From a virus (lineage: Duplodnaviria > Heunggongvirae > Uroviricota > Caudoviricetes), in the IMG/VR virus record IMGVR_UViG_3300042922_000270: a stretch of DNA of 64,000 nt; one strand, given 5' to 3'. Under the pieces are notes generated by a model. It had not been told where the DNA came from, made no database searches, and saw nothing but the letters and a program-made list of their open reading frames with translations. Both the position numbers and the translations under genes were made by a program. This document shows positions 35,065 to 45,377 of this stretch, piece after piece (positions within the stretch are counted from its first letter, which is position 1; the number at the start of each line of letters is the position of its first letter).

Positions 35065-38000
35065 ATGGCCGAGACGCCACTTAACGGTAACGTACCCAAC
35101 AACTCCCTAGAGAGTAACTATAGAATGGTGTACCCTGCAGACCTTAGTTCTGACAGGATGCTCAAGTATGGGCAGGATACTGTACAGTCCCGTATGGACT
35201 TGGTTAACAGGTCCAACAAGTATGAAGTTACCTCTTACGATGTAAGGTTCGGTAACGAGTTTACTGATCAGGTCTTTACTAACCCTAACTTCACACTATA
35301 CGGATCTAACCGCTCTACTAGTGAGAACAATGCCTATGCTTATGGTAACTATGCTAAGGCTGCTAGATGGGGAGCCGCTAAAGGTACCCTAGTAGAACTA
35401 CCTACAGAGCCCTTCGGCAGGCAGATGCACATTAAGGCAGCCATAGCTGAACTTAAGACCGGAGAAACTGTAGGATTTGTTGGGACAGCTAACGCCACGG
35501 ATAGTGGGCTAGGTGAGGGCAGTAGAGCCCAGTTCAACTATGGAGTAGAGTTCTCAGACAAAGAGCTAGTAAGCCAGCTAAGAACCGTTATGAACCAGAT
35601 TGCTACTGGTGAGTCCCCTACTTCAACTAAGAACTTTATTGTTCAGTCTCCTAAAGATCCTGACGCAGGTTTAGCTGCTGTAGTTGGGTTTATCAATAAT
35701 GAAAAGAATCATAGTGATCTATACATCTCATCTGCTTCACTGACCAATAAAGATGTCATAGGGGCCTTAGTGGCTAAGGCTGGTCGTGGAGAAGATGTAT
35801 ACGTAGGGTTCGGTGGATTAAGCCAAGACGACGATTGGCGTAGTCAGGGTGCTTATGAGATGCTCATGAGTGACCCGGAGACCGCTAAGCACATCCATGC
35901 GGGTATGCGTAGAGGTGGACGTCACGAGAACATGATAGCTATGGGCGACGAAGCCATAGTTGGTTCTATGCGTTTCTCTAAGTCAACCCTAGACGGAGTT
36001 ATGGATAGAGAGACTGGTAAGAGAACACACGGTACAGAGCTTCTACTCTATGCTAAGAACAAGCATCTAGCTAAAGACGTACAGAATAAAATTGCTGAAG
36101 GTTACGACTACAAAGCTACAGAAGCATGGGCTAACAGATTTGAGTCTAAGTATAGCTGGCTAGCTAACCAGTTCATGCCCCTTAACTCGGCCACAGGTAG
36201 AACCAAGTATCTTATTGATCCCACAGTGCCGACCTTTGCTAAAGAGTATGCCATTGAGTCAGGAACTATAGATAGGTTCGAACAGAGTGCATCACTCGGT
36301 ACGTCTATTTATGCTTCACTCTTTAACGAAACATACAACCGTCTTCCAACCGCTGGCGAGATGCCTGAAGAGGTCAAAGCTTTTGATCGACTAGCCGCTA
36401 AGCGCACCTGGGGTCAAGAGTCATTCGGACTAGAGAAGGTTCCTGTAATTGGAGACCTTATAAAGAACTGGGGTGGACTAAGACAGCTAGGTACCAGAGG
36501 CCCCATCGATTCTATGTTGATCCGTGGAGCCATGTGGGCTGATGATCATGTCTTTACCAGCGCACTACGTGAGCGTAATCCTTATACAGGAGAGTATCAG
36601 AAAGAAACTCCTATGCAGGCTCTTGCAAGATTCACCTATGATTCCACTTCAGGTATCGTAGGTAACATCGCTGGGTACTACTGGGTGACTCTACCTGGTC
36701 TACGTGTAATGATTCACGCTAGGTCAGCCATCCAAGATCAACTTAACACTTGGGCAGCTAAAGAGAGAAGCCCTGGTGTTGGTCGTGCTGCTAAGTTCCT
36801 ATTCGGACGTAACTACGATCTAATCGGCCACCGTATTGCGGGTGAAGTAACCGGTACTGTACTCAAGCCAGTAGCCCAGATGCTAGAACCAATTCTAGGG
36901 TTTACCCGAGGCATCAACGAAATTGAACAGATGTACCTTAATGGTGGCGACTGGGATGATGACGTTAAAGCCAGAGGTAGTGCACCTGCTCGTCTACAGA
37001 CAGAGATCAGTCACCCTCAAGGTAAAGAAAGAGCATTCAGGATAGCTGACAGAACGCTAGCTAACCACCCTCTACTTAGAGCTGTATCTGGTATGGGTAT
37101 CGCTAGGTACTTTGCTGAGTATAGCCCCTACATGCTGTACAAGACAGCTATGGATGGTATAGATGTAGTAAAGGCTGGACTAGATGTCTACAGAACAGAA
37201 GGTACTCACTCGACCGAACTACGTAAGGCTATGAGGGATGTAACCACAGGTAAGGTCCTAAACAAGTTCTCATTCGGATTGCTTGGTCAGGATATCTATC
37301 AGCGTGGTTATGAAGTCTGGGACAAGATCTATGGGGAGAACAGCAAAGCTGTAGGTAAGACCTCAGCTAGGGGTCCTGCGGTAAATCGCTTTGGTAGGCC
37401 TACAGGTAACGCTAAAAAGGGATATACCCTCAAGAGCGGTAAGTTAGAGTTCGCTGGAAGAACTATTACAGTCAACACTGCTAACGTACTTCTTGACGAT
37501 AAGATGACCAGAGTACACCAGAGTATCAACAGCGCTACTGCTGACTTTGATACACGCTGGAACAAAGCCCTGGGTATCGATAATCAACTTAAGAAGGCTG
37601 TGCAGAACACTGACGGTATGTGGGCGCGTAAAGCTCTAGCAGTGGCCATTCCTCTTATCTTCTTGAATAAGTGGGCTGGTGATGTTGGTGCTGCCTCTCG
37701 TGTAGACGTAGCTGCACAAGCTGCCTTCAGAGATAGGGTTAATGATCTCAACTCAGTTAAGGGTTTCAGAAGAGACATAGACATTAACTGGACTGGAGGT
37801 ATATCTGATTGGGGTGGACTTGGTATCCTAAACCCAATTACCTTACCTCTACAAGCCATGGCTTATAAGTTCGATCAACTAAAAGCTTCTTGGTATAACT
37901 ACACCACTACATCAAAGGCCCTAGATAAAGTACAGGTAGCTTCTGGTGGTGTATACGGTCAGGCAGCTCTACAGCTAGCTGGAATGGCCATTGCTAACCC

Positions 38001-41000
38001 AGGTAAGGTGTACACCGGCACCGGTAACGACTCGGCTGCTATGAAGCAGAGAGCTGCTCAGTTTGCTGCATCAGGTAATTACAGTCTAGCTAACAGTCTA
38101 CTTCTAGAATCTAGATTAGGTCCTGGAGCTAACACACAAGCCTTCTCAACCAGGAATGGCCTATCACTAGCTCTACAGATTGACGCTGTACCCCTACTCT
38201 TCACCCCTACTGCTGCTGTAAGCTTTATGGGCGACCAGGGTGTATTCTCATTCTCACTACAGGGTCCTGTTATGTTCCCTGTAGGTTTCACCATTGGTTC
38301 ACCCCTAGGACTTAAGAAGCACGACGGAGCACCTGAAGACGCTCACCTAGGATTCCTAAAGGGTATGGGCCTTCTTGAGCACATCTCAGGTTACAACGTA
38401 GACTACGTATCAGGTACCTCAGGTGAGAAGCTATTCAGGCTAGGCATGACTGCTTATGGTGCAGCTTCAGTAGCTAGAGCCCTTACCATGGATTATGAGT
38501 TCAGAGGTAAGACTTACGATAACAAGCTCAAGTTCCTAAAGGAGATGAACACCTATAAGACCCTGAGCAATGCTAATAAAGTAATTAAGTTTGCTTCAGC
38601 CACTGCACCTATGTCACTAGTGAACCTAGGACTAGCAGGGCTCAATCTAGCTGGGGATGCTTGGCACTATGTAAACCTACAAGAGACTGGAGGATTTTCT
38701 AGAGACGCAGTTAACAACATTCTACGTCATAGTGATAAAGACCTAAGAGCCCAAACCATCAAGGAAGAGATCTGGCACGCCAAAGCTGGTAAGGTTGATG
38801 TTAAGATCGGGTCACACTTAGATAGTGTTCTTGAAAGGATAGCCACTGAAGAAAGAAGACTAGGAGTAACTGGACTACCTAACAATCACCAGTTCTATAA
38901 TGATCTGGTACAGGATGAATATAAGCACCTTCTAAAGGGTAAGTATTCAGATAGATTCTGGAATGGGCGTCTATCTCAAGGTATCGCCCTTGCAGGTGGT
39001 GTACTAGCTGGTGCTTACTTCCTAGCGGACCTAGGTCTCTCAATGTATGGCCAAGCATTTGCTAGTGGTCCTGGTGGTTCTGCAGATTGGTACAAGCGTA
39101 TCAATGAAGGCATCATGAGAACCACAGGAGCGCTATCTGAGGGCATAGACAATACTGTAGGTAAGCTACCTGGAGTATTCGGTCTACCTGGACATACTGC
39201 TGCTGCAGCTGTAAATGTTATAGGCGGTCTGTTTGCATCACTATTTGATGTAGGCTACTCTACTGCCATGAGCAAGGACATGATGGCCATAGCTGCCTTC
39301 AAGAAGCGCATTGGAGATAGAGAAGGCTTCGAAGAGTACAGTGGGGATATGAATGGTTACTTCATTCGTATGGGTAACAGATTCAAGGATGCCTTTGCAG
39401 GTACCTATGGTGGCGTGGCTCCTAGATTCCTAGGTACCAGTAACCTCGGTGCTGTGTTCGGGCAGGTAGGTCTAGACTCAACAACATTTAGTAAGGTCTA
39501 CGTACAGGGCGGTATTCTTGGTATCACAGGTACTGTGGCTACTGGAGCTATCAACACCCAAGAGGACACCAACACCTCTAGGATGATGGCTGCTTACATT
39601 GAAAGAGCCTTTGTTGATCCTGGTCGCGACGAACGTACATCTAATCGTAGAAAGTCTGGTGTGATTGGTGAGATGTTCCACAACGAAAGTGGAACTCGTA
39701 GCCAGAGCGGTATTGTACAGATGCAGATCCGTAACCGCACACAGATGACTAACTGGATCCTAAGCACTGACACGGTAGACGTGGCCAGACACTTCTTCAT
39801 GCCTACAGAGCAGTCTAATAAGGGAGCTGGTCTTCTAGATGGACTGAAGGCTATCCTGGGTCCTAACGTAGACAGGAGAGTTAAGCAGTGGGGTACAGGT
39901 ATTGCTGACTTCGGCTATATGTTCGGGTCATCTAAGTCTAAGAGCTTCTTTGAACTATTCGAGTCTACCCGAGACTACGCAACCCAGACAGGCGAACTAG
40001 GAGAACTAGACTTCTTTGCTCACGACTACCAAGGAGAGAGTAACAGAATAGCTTTCGACAACCCTAAGGGTATGTCCCCAGAAGATTTCCATAGAGAAGT
40101 CTTCCAGACCAACCCGGCAGCTAAGGCCGGTCTAGTTATCGGTACCTTAGGTACTATTGGTATTGGTATCCTGGCAGCTAGGAACGTCCTTCGTGGAAAG
40201 GGTGTTGGTCAGATCAAGCCTGATATGATTGGCGATGTATTAGGCGAATCAGGTAGAGCAGCTAGAATCGGTGTAGTGGGAATCAGTCCTACTGGATCAC
40301 ATGCTATGCAATCTACTTCAGCTTTCAAGCCTGGCTCTAAGCCATTCACGGGTGCTCAGGTAGCTGGTAAGTTCTACGATAGATACGCATTTGTTATTGG
40401 TTCAGGAACTAACCAAGGCCTATACTCATTCGGTCTGTTTGGCAATATCGAAGATGAATACGGTAATCCTTACATGCAGAAGGGCCGTGTTATGGGAGCT
40501 GTCAACCACAGAACCTTTAAAGAAACCCTAGTACAAGCTAAGACTCTTGCTGGTGGTAAGGGTGTTAAGGACCTAGCCGTATCCCTAGAACTCATGAGAG
40601 AGACAAAGGGAATCAATATTGCTGGACACCAGTTCCCCAAGCTTGCTGTTGCTGAGAAACTAGAGAAGTTAGTATCACAGATTGATGACCTAGACGATGC
40701 TCTACGTACTCAGCGCAAGATGCTACAGACTAGTCTCCAGGACATTAAGGAGCTAACCACCAAGGGTAAGCTAATGGCTGATGGAACCCGTCAAGCACTA
40801 GACACTACAGAACAGGCTGTTATGGCTCGTCGTAGGGACACCCGCAAGGTAGCGATGAGGGGCACAGATCACTTACTAGCTAACCTAAACTACAAGACAG
40901 ACCTAACAGACTTCGTACAGGACCTACGTGGAGGTCGTGGTGCTGCATGGACTGGAAGTAAGGTTCAGGTAGATGGTCGTAAAGCACTAACCCAAATGAG

Positions 41001-44000
41001 TGATGAGCTAAGTAAGAGACTCACAGCTGCTCAGAAGGGCGGAAGACTACTAGCTACTCAGAGGGTAGATCTAACAAGAGAATTCCTAGAGGAAGCTTAC
41101 CTACATAACGGTAAGGCTATCGATGTCGGCGGACGTAACCTAACTAAGGGTGAAGTCCTAGGTCGTCTATCTGCTGTTGTAGATAGCGTTACTAACGCAG
41201 CCTACACAGAGTCAGAAGTAGTTAAGAACTTCGCTATGAGTGCTCTTAAAGAGGGTAGGATTCAGCAGTACGCTGGCAAGACTATGCTACGCCGTAACGC
41301 CAGAGAGGGTATGCAGATCACTCTAGGTCAACTCTTAAGAGGAGAACTAAAGGACTACATCAACTCTAGCTGGGAGCAGATGCGTGAAGTAGCTATTGAA
41401 AAGAATAGACAGGGATACATCAAGAGTCTAGCCCTAGCTTATGAGAAGACTCATGGAGGTATCGTTGGAGCAGGTAGCACTGATCTACTAACCGAACTAC
41501 ACCAGCACCTAGCCAAGAAGGCTCTAGCTGGTGAGCAGGTTGCTGATGATATGCTACACACTGTGTTTAGCACAATGATGAACGCTAAGGGTGAAGCTGC
41601 AAGACTATCTCCCGCAGGAGAATCAGCATTCCTAGCTGAGCAAGCTCGTCTATACGCCAAGTATGATATGGCTGGAACCGGAGGACTAACCACAAGAGGC
41701 GCTCTAGCCCTAGCTGCAGACACTGCTCTAGGTAAGACTGTCGGTGGTGCCTTCTGGGCCGCAAAGGGTGCAGCAGTACATGGTGTAGCTCTAGCCCCTA
41801 TCATGGGTAACATGGCTTCCATCTACTCACTAGGTCAAGCAGCTAACGATACCAACCCATATAGACTAGAAGATGCTCAGAGAGGCGGAGAAGGTCTCAA
41901 ATACATGGCTAAGGTCCCTATGAACATAGCCTTTACGTCCATGCTCTTAGCTGGCCACAACGCTAATAAAGCTGCTGGTCTAACCTATGGAGCTGCCTTC
42001 AAATCAGCTAAGGTGGCTAGACAGTCATTCAGTACAGCCGTAGCTGGAATGAGATTTACTAGGGCTATGTGGGCAGTTGGAGCCTTAGCTATTGCGGGTA
42101 CCGGCGGTGCGGCTATGCTACCGGTGGTAGGTGGTTTGCTAGCTACAGAACTTGTATTTGCAGGACTACAGTACTTCACGCCTATGGACGAAATGATCGA
42201 CAAGTGGGCTGAAGAGAATAAGGAAGGTATAGCTCACACAGCAAGCTTGCCGGTCATTAGCCAGATGCTTCAAGCTGGTGGTCATATCTTCAGAGCACTA
42301 CAAGCAGCTAATGATTACACCTTTGGTAACCTAGCAGGTTGGTCACGCGATCCCAACAAGGCAGGATGGCAGCAAGCCCTGGGATCAGGTTTCGATATTG
42401 TACATAATATTCTAAGCGTAATCCCTGAATGGCATCCAGCTAACGAAAGCTATAAGCCCTTCAAGGGAGGTCCCAGTCCATCAGTAACTGATAGAGTACT
42501 GGCCAGATCACCAATCTGGTATGGTAGCTATGAGGACTTCTTTGGAGTCCAGCATGGTCGCCAAGAACGCATGATGATGGGTAACCCTACATCACTAATC
42601 TATGACTGGTTCCATGAGAGTTCATTTGGTGGAAGTAGCGTAGCCAGTAACTTCAACTCAGGCAGACATGCAGGAGGAGATACGGCTGATATGATGAGAG
42701 GTCCTTCACTGTTCTCAGAACCTGTAATGACCATCCTCAAGAGCAGAGCAATAGACACTCAGTTCCTAATGGCAGGTCTATCTGATAGATCGCTAGCTTA
42801 TGGTGGCTCCGATAAGGACGTAAGGTCAGTAGACAGCGGTTACTTCAAGGATCCCTACATAGTTGCTAAAGGGTCTATGACGTTCTGGAGTAAAGGCTGG
42901 GGAGAGAACTTCATCGAGGGTGTTCAGAGCAAGCTTGTTGAAGGGTTCTCTGGTTCAAGTGTCAACTATGACATGCTACCAAGTGCTAAGAACCTTAAAC
43001 AGTGGGAGCCTCTAATCCAGAAGGCTGCTAAACAGTTCAACCTGGACGCTAACGTTATGCGCGCTGTTATGATGCAAGAGTCTGGAGGCGACAAGAAGGC
43101 AACCTCATGGGCAGGCGCTGGGGGACTAATGCAGTTCACACCAGAGACATTTGCTATGTTCAAGGCTAAGTACCCTCACCTAATCAAGGGTGATAGGTAT
43201 GATCCTGAATCATCACTAATGGCTTCTGCAGCTTACCTATCAGATCTCAACAGACAGTTCAAGGGAGACATCAAACTCATTGCTGCTGGCTATAATGCTG
43301 GTACAGGTAATGCTCGTAAGGCTCTATTACAAACTAGAGCTGAAGCTGAAGCTGCTGTAATAAGATCTAAGAAAGGTCCTAGACCGATCGAGATGAAGGA
43401 TACCTGGTGGGGCCAGACTCAACCATACGCTAAGATCATCGAGAGTAACTTCAAGAAGCTCCAAGAGGCCAGTGGCGCTCTAGTAACCCCATCACTAGAC
43501 AAGCTAACTATCACAAGTCGTCACGGAGTAAGAAAGCACCCTGTAACTGGTAAGGTATCTAAACACGAGGGCACTGACTTCAATGCTCCTCCTGGAACCC
43601 GCCAGTATGCTGTTACTGCTGGTACGGTACTTCAAGTTGGCTGGAACGATGCTGGAGGTCAGATTGTATCTTATGGCTGGACCGACCCTCAGGGCAAGGA
43701 ACATGTCATTAAGCTTATGCACAACTCTACTGTCCACGTTAAGGCAGGAGATAAGGTTAAGGCAGGAACCCTATTAGCTAGCTCAGGTGCTTCTGGTAAA
43801 GTGAGTGGTGCACACATCCACATCGAACACTGGGTTGATAAGGTCGACCAAGGACTAGAAGAAGATAGTGACATCGCTCGTAGAACAGTCGGTATGGACT
43901 TCGGACCTATCCCAGCTCACAATCATGACCACGATCATAAACCTAAAGCTAAGCCCAAGCCTAAGAAGAAGGTGGTCGCTGCTCAGGAGAAGCCCAAGAC

Positions 44001-44181
44001 TGTCAGAGTAGATAACAAGACTAAGCCTCTACCTAAGAGAACTAACGTCAAGGTATCAGTCAAAGATGGTATGCCACCAACCTTCTCGTTGGGCTGGTTC
44101 GAAGGTCAAGAGTTCGGAGCTGCTATGGACAATAACTACAGGCCGTACTGTGGACCAGTTAGAATCGATAACTGGGGTTAA
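35065..44181 (+). CDS. Giant (3038 aa) virion/tape-measure-like protein with N-terminal PLD-like, C-terminal SLT and M23 domains
   Basis: MHIK....E...GTAN and LYISSASLT..DVIGALVAKAGRGEDV (PLD fold); AVMMQESGG...GAGGLMQF...AAGYNAG (lytic transglycosylase); HEGTDF...Y.H...HIHIE (M23 peptidase). Confidence 0.75.
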   Translation: MAETPLNGNVPNNSLESNYRMVYPADLSSDRMLKYGQDTVQSRMDLVNRSNKYEVTSYDVRFGNEFTDQVFTNPNFTLYGSNRSTSENNAYAYGNYAKAARWGAAKGTLVELPTEPFGRQMHIKAAIAELKTGETVGFVGTANATDSGLGEGSRAQFNYGVEFSDKELVSQLRTVMNQIATGESPTSTKNFIVQSPKDPDAGLAAVVGFINNEKNHSDLYISSASLTNKDVIGALVAKAGRGEDVYVGFGGLSQDDDWRSQGAYEMLMSDPETAKHIHAGMRRGGRHENMIAMGDEAIVGSMRFSKSTLDGVMDRETGKRTHGTELLLYAKNKHLAKDVQNKIAEGYDYKATEAWANRFESKYSWLANQFMPLNSATGRTKYLIDPTVPTFAKEYAIESGTIDRFEQSASLGTSIYASLFNETYNRLPTAGEMPEEVKAFDRLAAKRTWGQESFGLEKVPVIGDLIKNWGGLRQLGTRGPIDSMLIRGAMWADDHVFTSALRERNPYTGEYQKETPMQALARFTYDSTSGIVGNIAGYYWVTLPGLRVMIHARSAIQDQLNTWAAKERSPGVGRAAKFLFGRNYDLIGHRIAGEVTGTVLKPVAQMLEPILGFTRGINEIEQMYLNGGDWDDDVKARGSAPARLQTEISHPQGKERAFRIADRTLANHPLLRAVSGMGIARYFAEYSPYMLYKTAMDGIDVVKAGLDVYRTEGTHSTELRKAMRDVTTGKVLNKFSFGLLGQDIYQRGYEVWDKIYGENSKAVGKTSARGPAVNRFGRPTGNAKKGYTLKSGKLEFAGRTITVNTANVLLDDKMTRVHQSINSATADFDTRWNKALGIDNQLKKAVQNTDGMWARKALAVAIPLIFLNKWAGDVGAASRVDVAAQAAFRDRVNDLNSVKGFRRDIDINWTGGISDWGGLGILNPITLPLQAMAYKFDQLKASWYNYTTTSKALDKVQVASGGVYGQAALQLAGMAIANPGKVYTGTGNDSAAMKQRAAQFAASGNYSLANSLLLESRLGPGANTQAFSTRNGLSLALQIDAVPLLFTPTAAVSFMGDQGVFSFSLQGPVMFPVGFTIGSPLGLKKHDGAPEDAHLGFLKGMGLLEHISGYNVDYVSGTSGEKLFRLGMTAYGAASVARALTMDYEFRGKTYDNKLKFLKEMNTYKTLSNANKVIKFASATAPMSLVNLGLAGLNLAGDAWHYVNLQETGGFSRDAVNNILRHSDKDLRAQTIKEEIWHAKAGKVDVKIGSHLDSVLERIATEERRLGVTGLPNNHQFYNDLVQDEYKHLLKGKYSDRFWNGRLSQGIALAGGVLAGAYFLADLGLSMYGQAFASGPGGSADWYKRINEGIMRTTGALSEGIDNTVGKLPGVFGLPGHTAAAAVNVIGGLFASLFDVGYSTAMSKDMMAIAAFKKRIGDREGFEEYSGDMNGYFIRMGNRFKDAFAGTYGGVAPRFLGTSNLGAVFGQVGLDSTTFSKVYVQGGILGITGTVATGAINTQEDTNTSRMMAAYIERAFVDPGRDERTSNRRKSGVIGEMFHNESGTRSQSGIVQMQIRNRTQMTNWILSTDTVDVARHFFMPTEQSNKGAGLLDGLKAILGPNVDRRVKQWGTGIADFGYMFGSSKSKSFFELFESTRDYATQTGELGELDFFAHDYQGESNRIAFDNPKGMSPEDFHREVFQTNPAAKAGLVIGTLGTIGIGILAARNVLRGKGVGQIKPDMIGDVLGESGRAARIGVVGISPTGSHAMQSTSAFKPGSKPFTGAQVAGKFYDRYAFVIGSGTNQGLYSFGLFGNIEDEYGNPYMQKGRVMGAVNHRTFKETLVQAKTLAGGKGVKDLAVSLELMRETKGINIAGHQFPKLAVAEKLEKLVSQIDDLDDALRTQRKMLQTSLQDIKELTTKGKLMADGTRQALDTTEQAVMARRRDTRKVAMRGTDHLLANLNYKTDLTDFVQDLRGGRGAAWTGSKVQVDGRKALTQMSDELSKRLTAAQKGGRLLATQRVDLTREFLEEAYLHNGKAIDVGGRNLTKGEVLGRLSAVVDSVTNAAYTESEVVKNFAMSALKEGRIQQYAGKTMLRRNAREGMQITLGQLLRGELKDYINSSWEQMREVAIEKNRQGYIKSLALAYEKTHGGIVGAGSTDLLTELHQHLAKKALAGEQVADDMLHTVFSTMMNAKGEAARLSPAGESAFLAEQARLYAKYDMAGTGGLTTRGALALAADTALGKTVGGAFWAAKGAAVHGVALAPIMGNMASIYSLGQAANDTNPYRLEDAQRGGEGLKYMAKVPMNIAFTSMLLAGHNANKAAGLTYGAAFKSAKVARQSFSTAVAGMRFTRAMWAVGALAIAGTGGAAMLPVVGGLLATELVFAGLQYFTPMDEMIDKWAEENKEGIAHTASLPVISQMLQAGGHIFRALQAANDYTFGNLAGWSRDPNKAGWQQALGSGFDIVHNILSVIPEWHPANESYKPFKGGPSPSVTDRVLARSPIWYGSYEDFFGVQHGRQERMMMGNPTSLIYDWFHESSFGGSSVASNFNSGRHAGGDTADMMRGPSLFSEPVMTILKSRAIDTQFLMAGLSDRSLAYGGSDKDVRSVDSGYFKDPYIVAKGSMTFWSKGWGENFIEGVQSKLVEGFSGSSVNYDMLPSAKNLKQWEPLIQKAAKQFNLDANVMRAVMMQESGGDKKATSWAGAGGLMQFTPETFAMFKAKYPHLIKGDRYDPESSLMASAAYLSDLNRQFKGDIKLIAAGYNAGTGNARKALLQTRAEAEAAVIRSKKGPRPIEMKDTWWGQTQPYAKIIESNFKKLQEASGALVTPSLDKLTITSRHGVRKHPVTGKVSKHEGTDFNAPPGTRQYAVTAGTVLQVGWNDAGGQIVSYGWTDPQGKEHVIKLMHNSTVHVKAGDKVKAGTLLASSGASGKVSGAHIHIEHWVDKVDQGLEEDSDIARRTVGMDFGPIPAHNHDHDHKPKAKPKPKKKVVAAQEKPKTVRVDNKTKPLPKRTNVKVSVKDGMPPTFSLGWFEGQEFGAAMDNNYRPYCGPVRIDNWG

Positions 44182-44185
44182 ACAT

Positions 44186-44219
44186 AAAAAAGGAGAGACC
44201 CTAATTAGGGTCTCTCTTT
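44186..44219. terminator. Bidirectional terminator between convergent genes
   Basis: Perfect 24-bp palindrome GAGAGACCCTAATTAGGGTCTCTC (44193-44216) with an A run on the left and TTT on the right. Confidence 0.85.
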
Positions 44220-44374
44220 ATGCTTAGAATAAACTTCTTAGCTGCTTGTATTGATTTGTCTGGATAGTCGCTGACTAGCTCGTCAATTAAGTCAGGGTCT
44301 CCTTCAAGGTCTGAGTGACCGTTGTTAACCTCTTTCCATTTGCGCTTCTCTTCTTCGAACTCATTATCTTTCAT
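44201..44374 (-). CDS. Small hypothetical protein (57 aa), absent from the ORF track
   Basis: MKDNEFEEEKRKWKEVNNGHSDLEGDPDLIDELVSDYPDKSIQAAKKFILSIKRDPN; TAATG-coupled. Confidence 0.5.
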   Translation of the reverse strand: MKDNEFEEEKRKWKEVNNGHSDLEGDPDLIDELVSDYPDKSIQAAKKFILSIKRDPN

Positions 44375-44916
44375 TATCCGATAAGACCTCTGAGTTCTTT
44401 GACTGCCCCTAGCTCGTCCATAATCTGCTTACGTAGTTCAGGGGATACTCGTCTGATGCACTCTAGGATGACTTCGATAGTATGCTTCTGAGTCTCCATA
44501 CGTTGTACCTTCTCCAGGATCTCTGAAGCTAGCTTAAGTTGCATACGCTGCTCGGCTAGGTACTTAGCGTACATCTCAGGATTGTTCTCGACCAACTTAG
44601 TCATCTGCTGCGTCTGCGTGTAGATCTTCTCTAGCTGGTCTTTAAGGTTAAATACTGAATTCTCTTCCATTAGTTTAAGCTGGTCCTTTTGTTGTTTAGG
44701 GCTCAGCGCATTAAAGTTACGGATGAACCTCTGTGTTGTGTCTTTGTTGAGGCCGAGTATTTGAGCAATCTTAGAAGCACTATACCCTAGCTTCTTCATC
44801 TTGATGATCTCTGGACCTAGGCCAAGCCTGGTAATCTTGTCAGCCTTGAGGTTAGCAAAGGACCTCTTCTCAGGGTCCATATCCTCAATCCAGGTAAAGT
44901 CATCTCTTCTTGGCAT
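44374..44916 (-). CDS. HTH plus coiled-coil protein (possible regulator or small terminase)
   Basis: KKLGYSASKIAQILGLNKDTTQRFI helix-turn-helix followed by heptad helices. Confidence 0.5.
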   Translation of the reverse strand: MPRRDDFTWIEDMDPEKRSFANLKADKITRLGLGPEIIKMKKLGYSASKIAQILGLNKDTTQRFIRNFNALSPKQQKDQLKLMEENSVFNLKDQLEKIYTQTQQMTKLVENNPEMYAKYLAEQRMQLKLASEILEKVQRMETQKHTIEVILECIRRVSPELRKQIMDELGAVKELRGLIG

Positions 44917-45299
44917 TAACCATCTCCGTAAGTTACAGGTGTATCTCTTTCCTCTATTGTACCATCTGGCTTACGGATTGAAAATAGACCCTTAGGCCAC
45001 ATTCTCTGGTGCTCAACAAACTGCATAATGACGTCACAAACAACATCGAGCTTACGCTTAACTGTGGTCGGATCCATGAACAACTGCTCTGCTGCTCTGG
45101 TTCTCTTCAGTCTGGTATGCATGTGATACCATAGTACCCTCAGTAGTTGAGGGTCGTTATCCTTTAACTTCTCTATACACTCTTTTATGCGAGCATAAGT
45201 GTATACTTTCCCGTCAGGATCTGTGTAGTCGTATTTGTAAGGGAATGACTCTCTTAAGTACTTAAGGAAAGCTGCCCTTTTAGGATTAGGTGCTGGCAT
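44916..45299 (-). CDS. ArpU/RinA-like (sigma region 4-type HTH) transcription regulator; probable start 45299
   Basis: RTRAAEQLFMDPTTVKRKLD HTH at the C-terminus; GGAG RBS 7 nt upstream of ATG 45299. Confidence 0.55.
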   Translation of the reverse strand: MPAPNPKRAAFLKYLRESFPYKYDYTDPDGKVYTYARIKECIEKLKDNDPQLLRVLWYHMHTRLKRTRAAEQLFMDPTTVKRKLDVVCDVIMQFVEHQRMWPKGLFSIRKPDGTIEERDTPVTYGDG

Positions 45300-45343
45300 A
45301 ATAATGTGTACTCCAATAATATACACATTAAGATTAGCATAAT

Positions 45344-45374
45344 TATAAGGGAGAGATCAAGTCTCTCCCTTATA
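45344..45374. terminator. Hairpin/terminator
   Basis: TATAAGGGAGAGA-TCAAG-TCTCTCCCTTATA, immediately downstream of the Cas4-like gene. Confidence 0.7.
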
Positions 45375-45377
45375 TAA

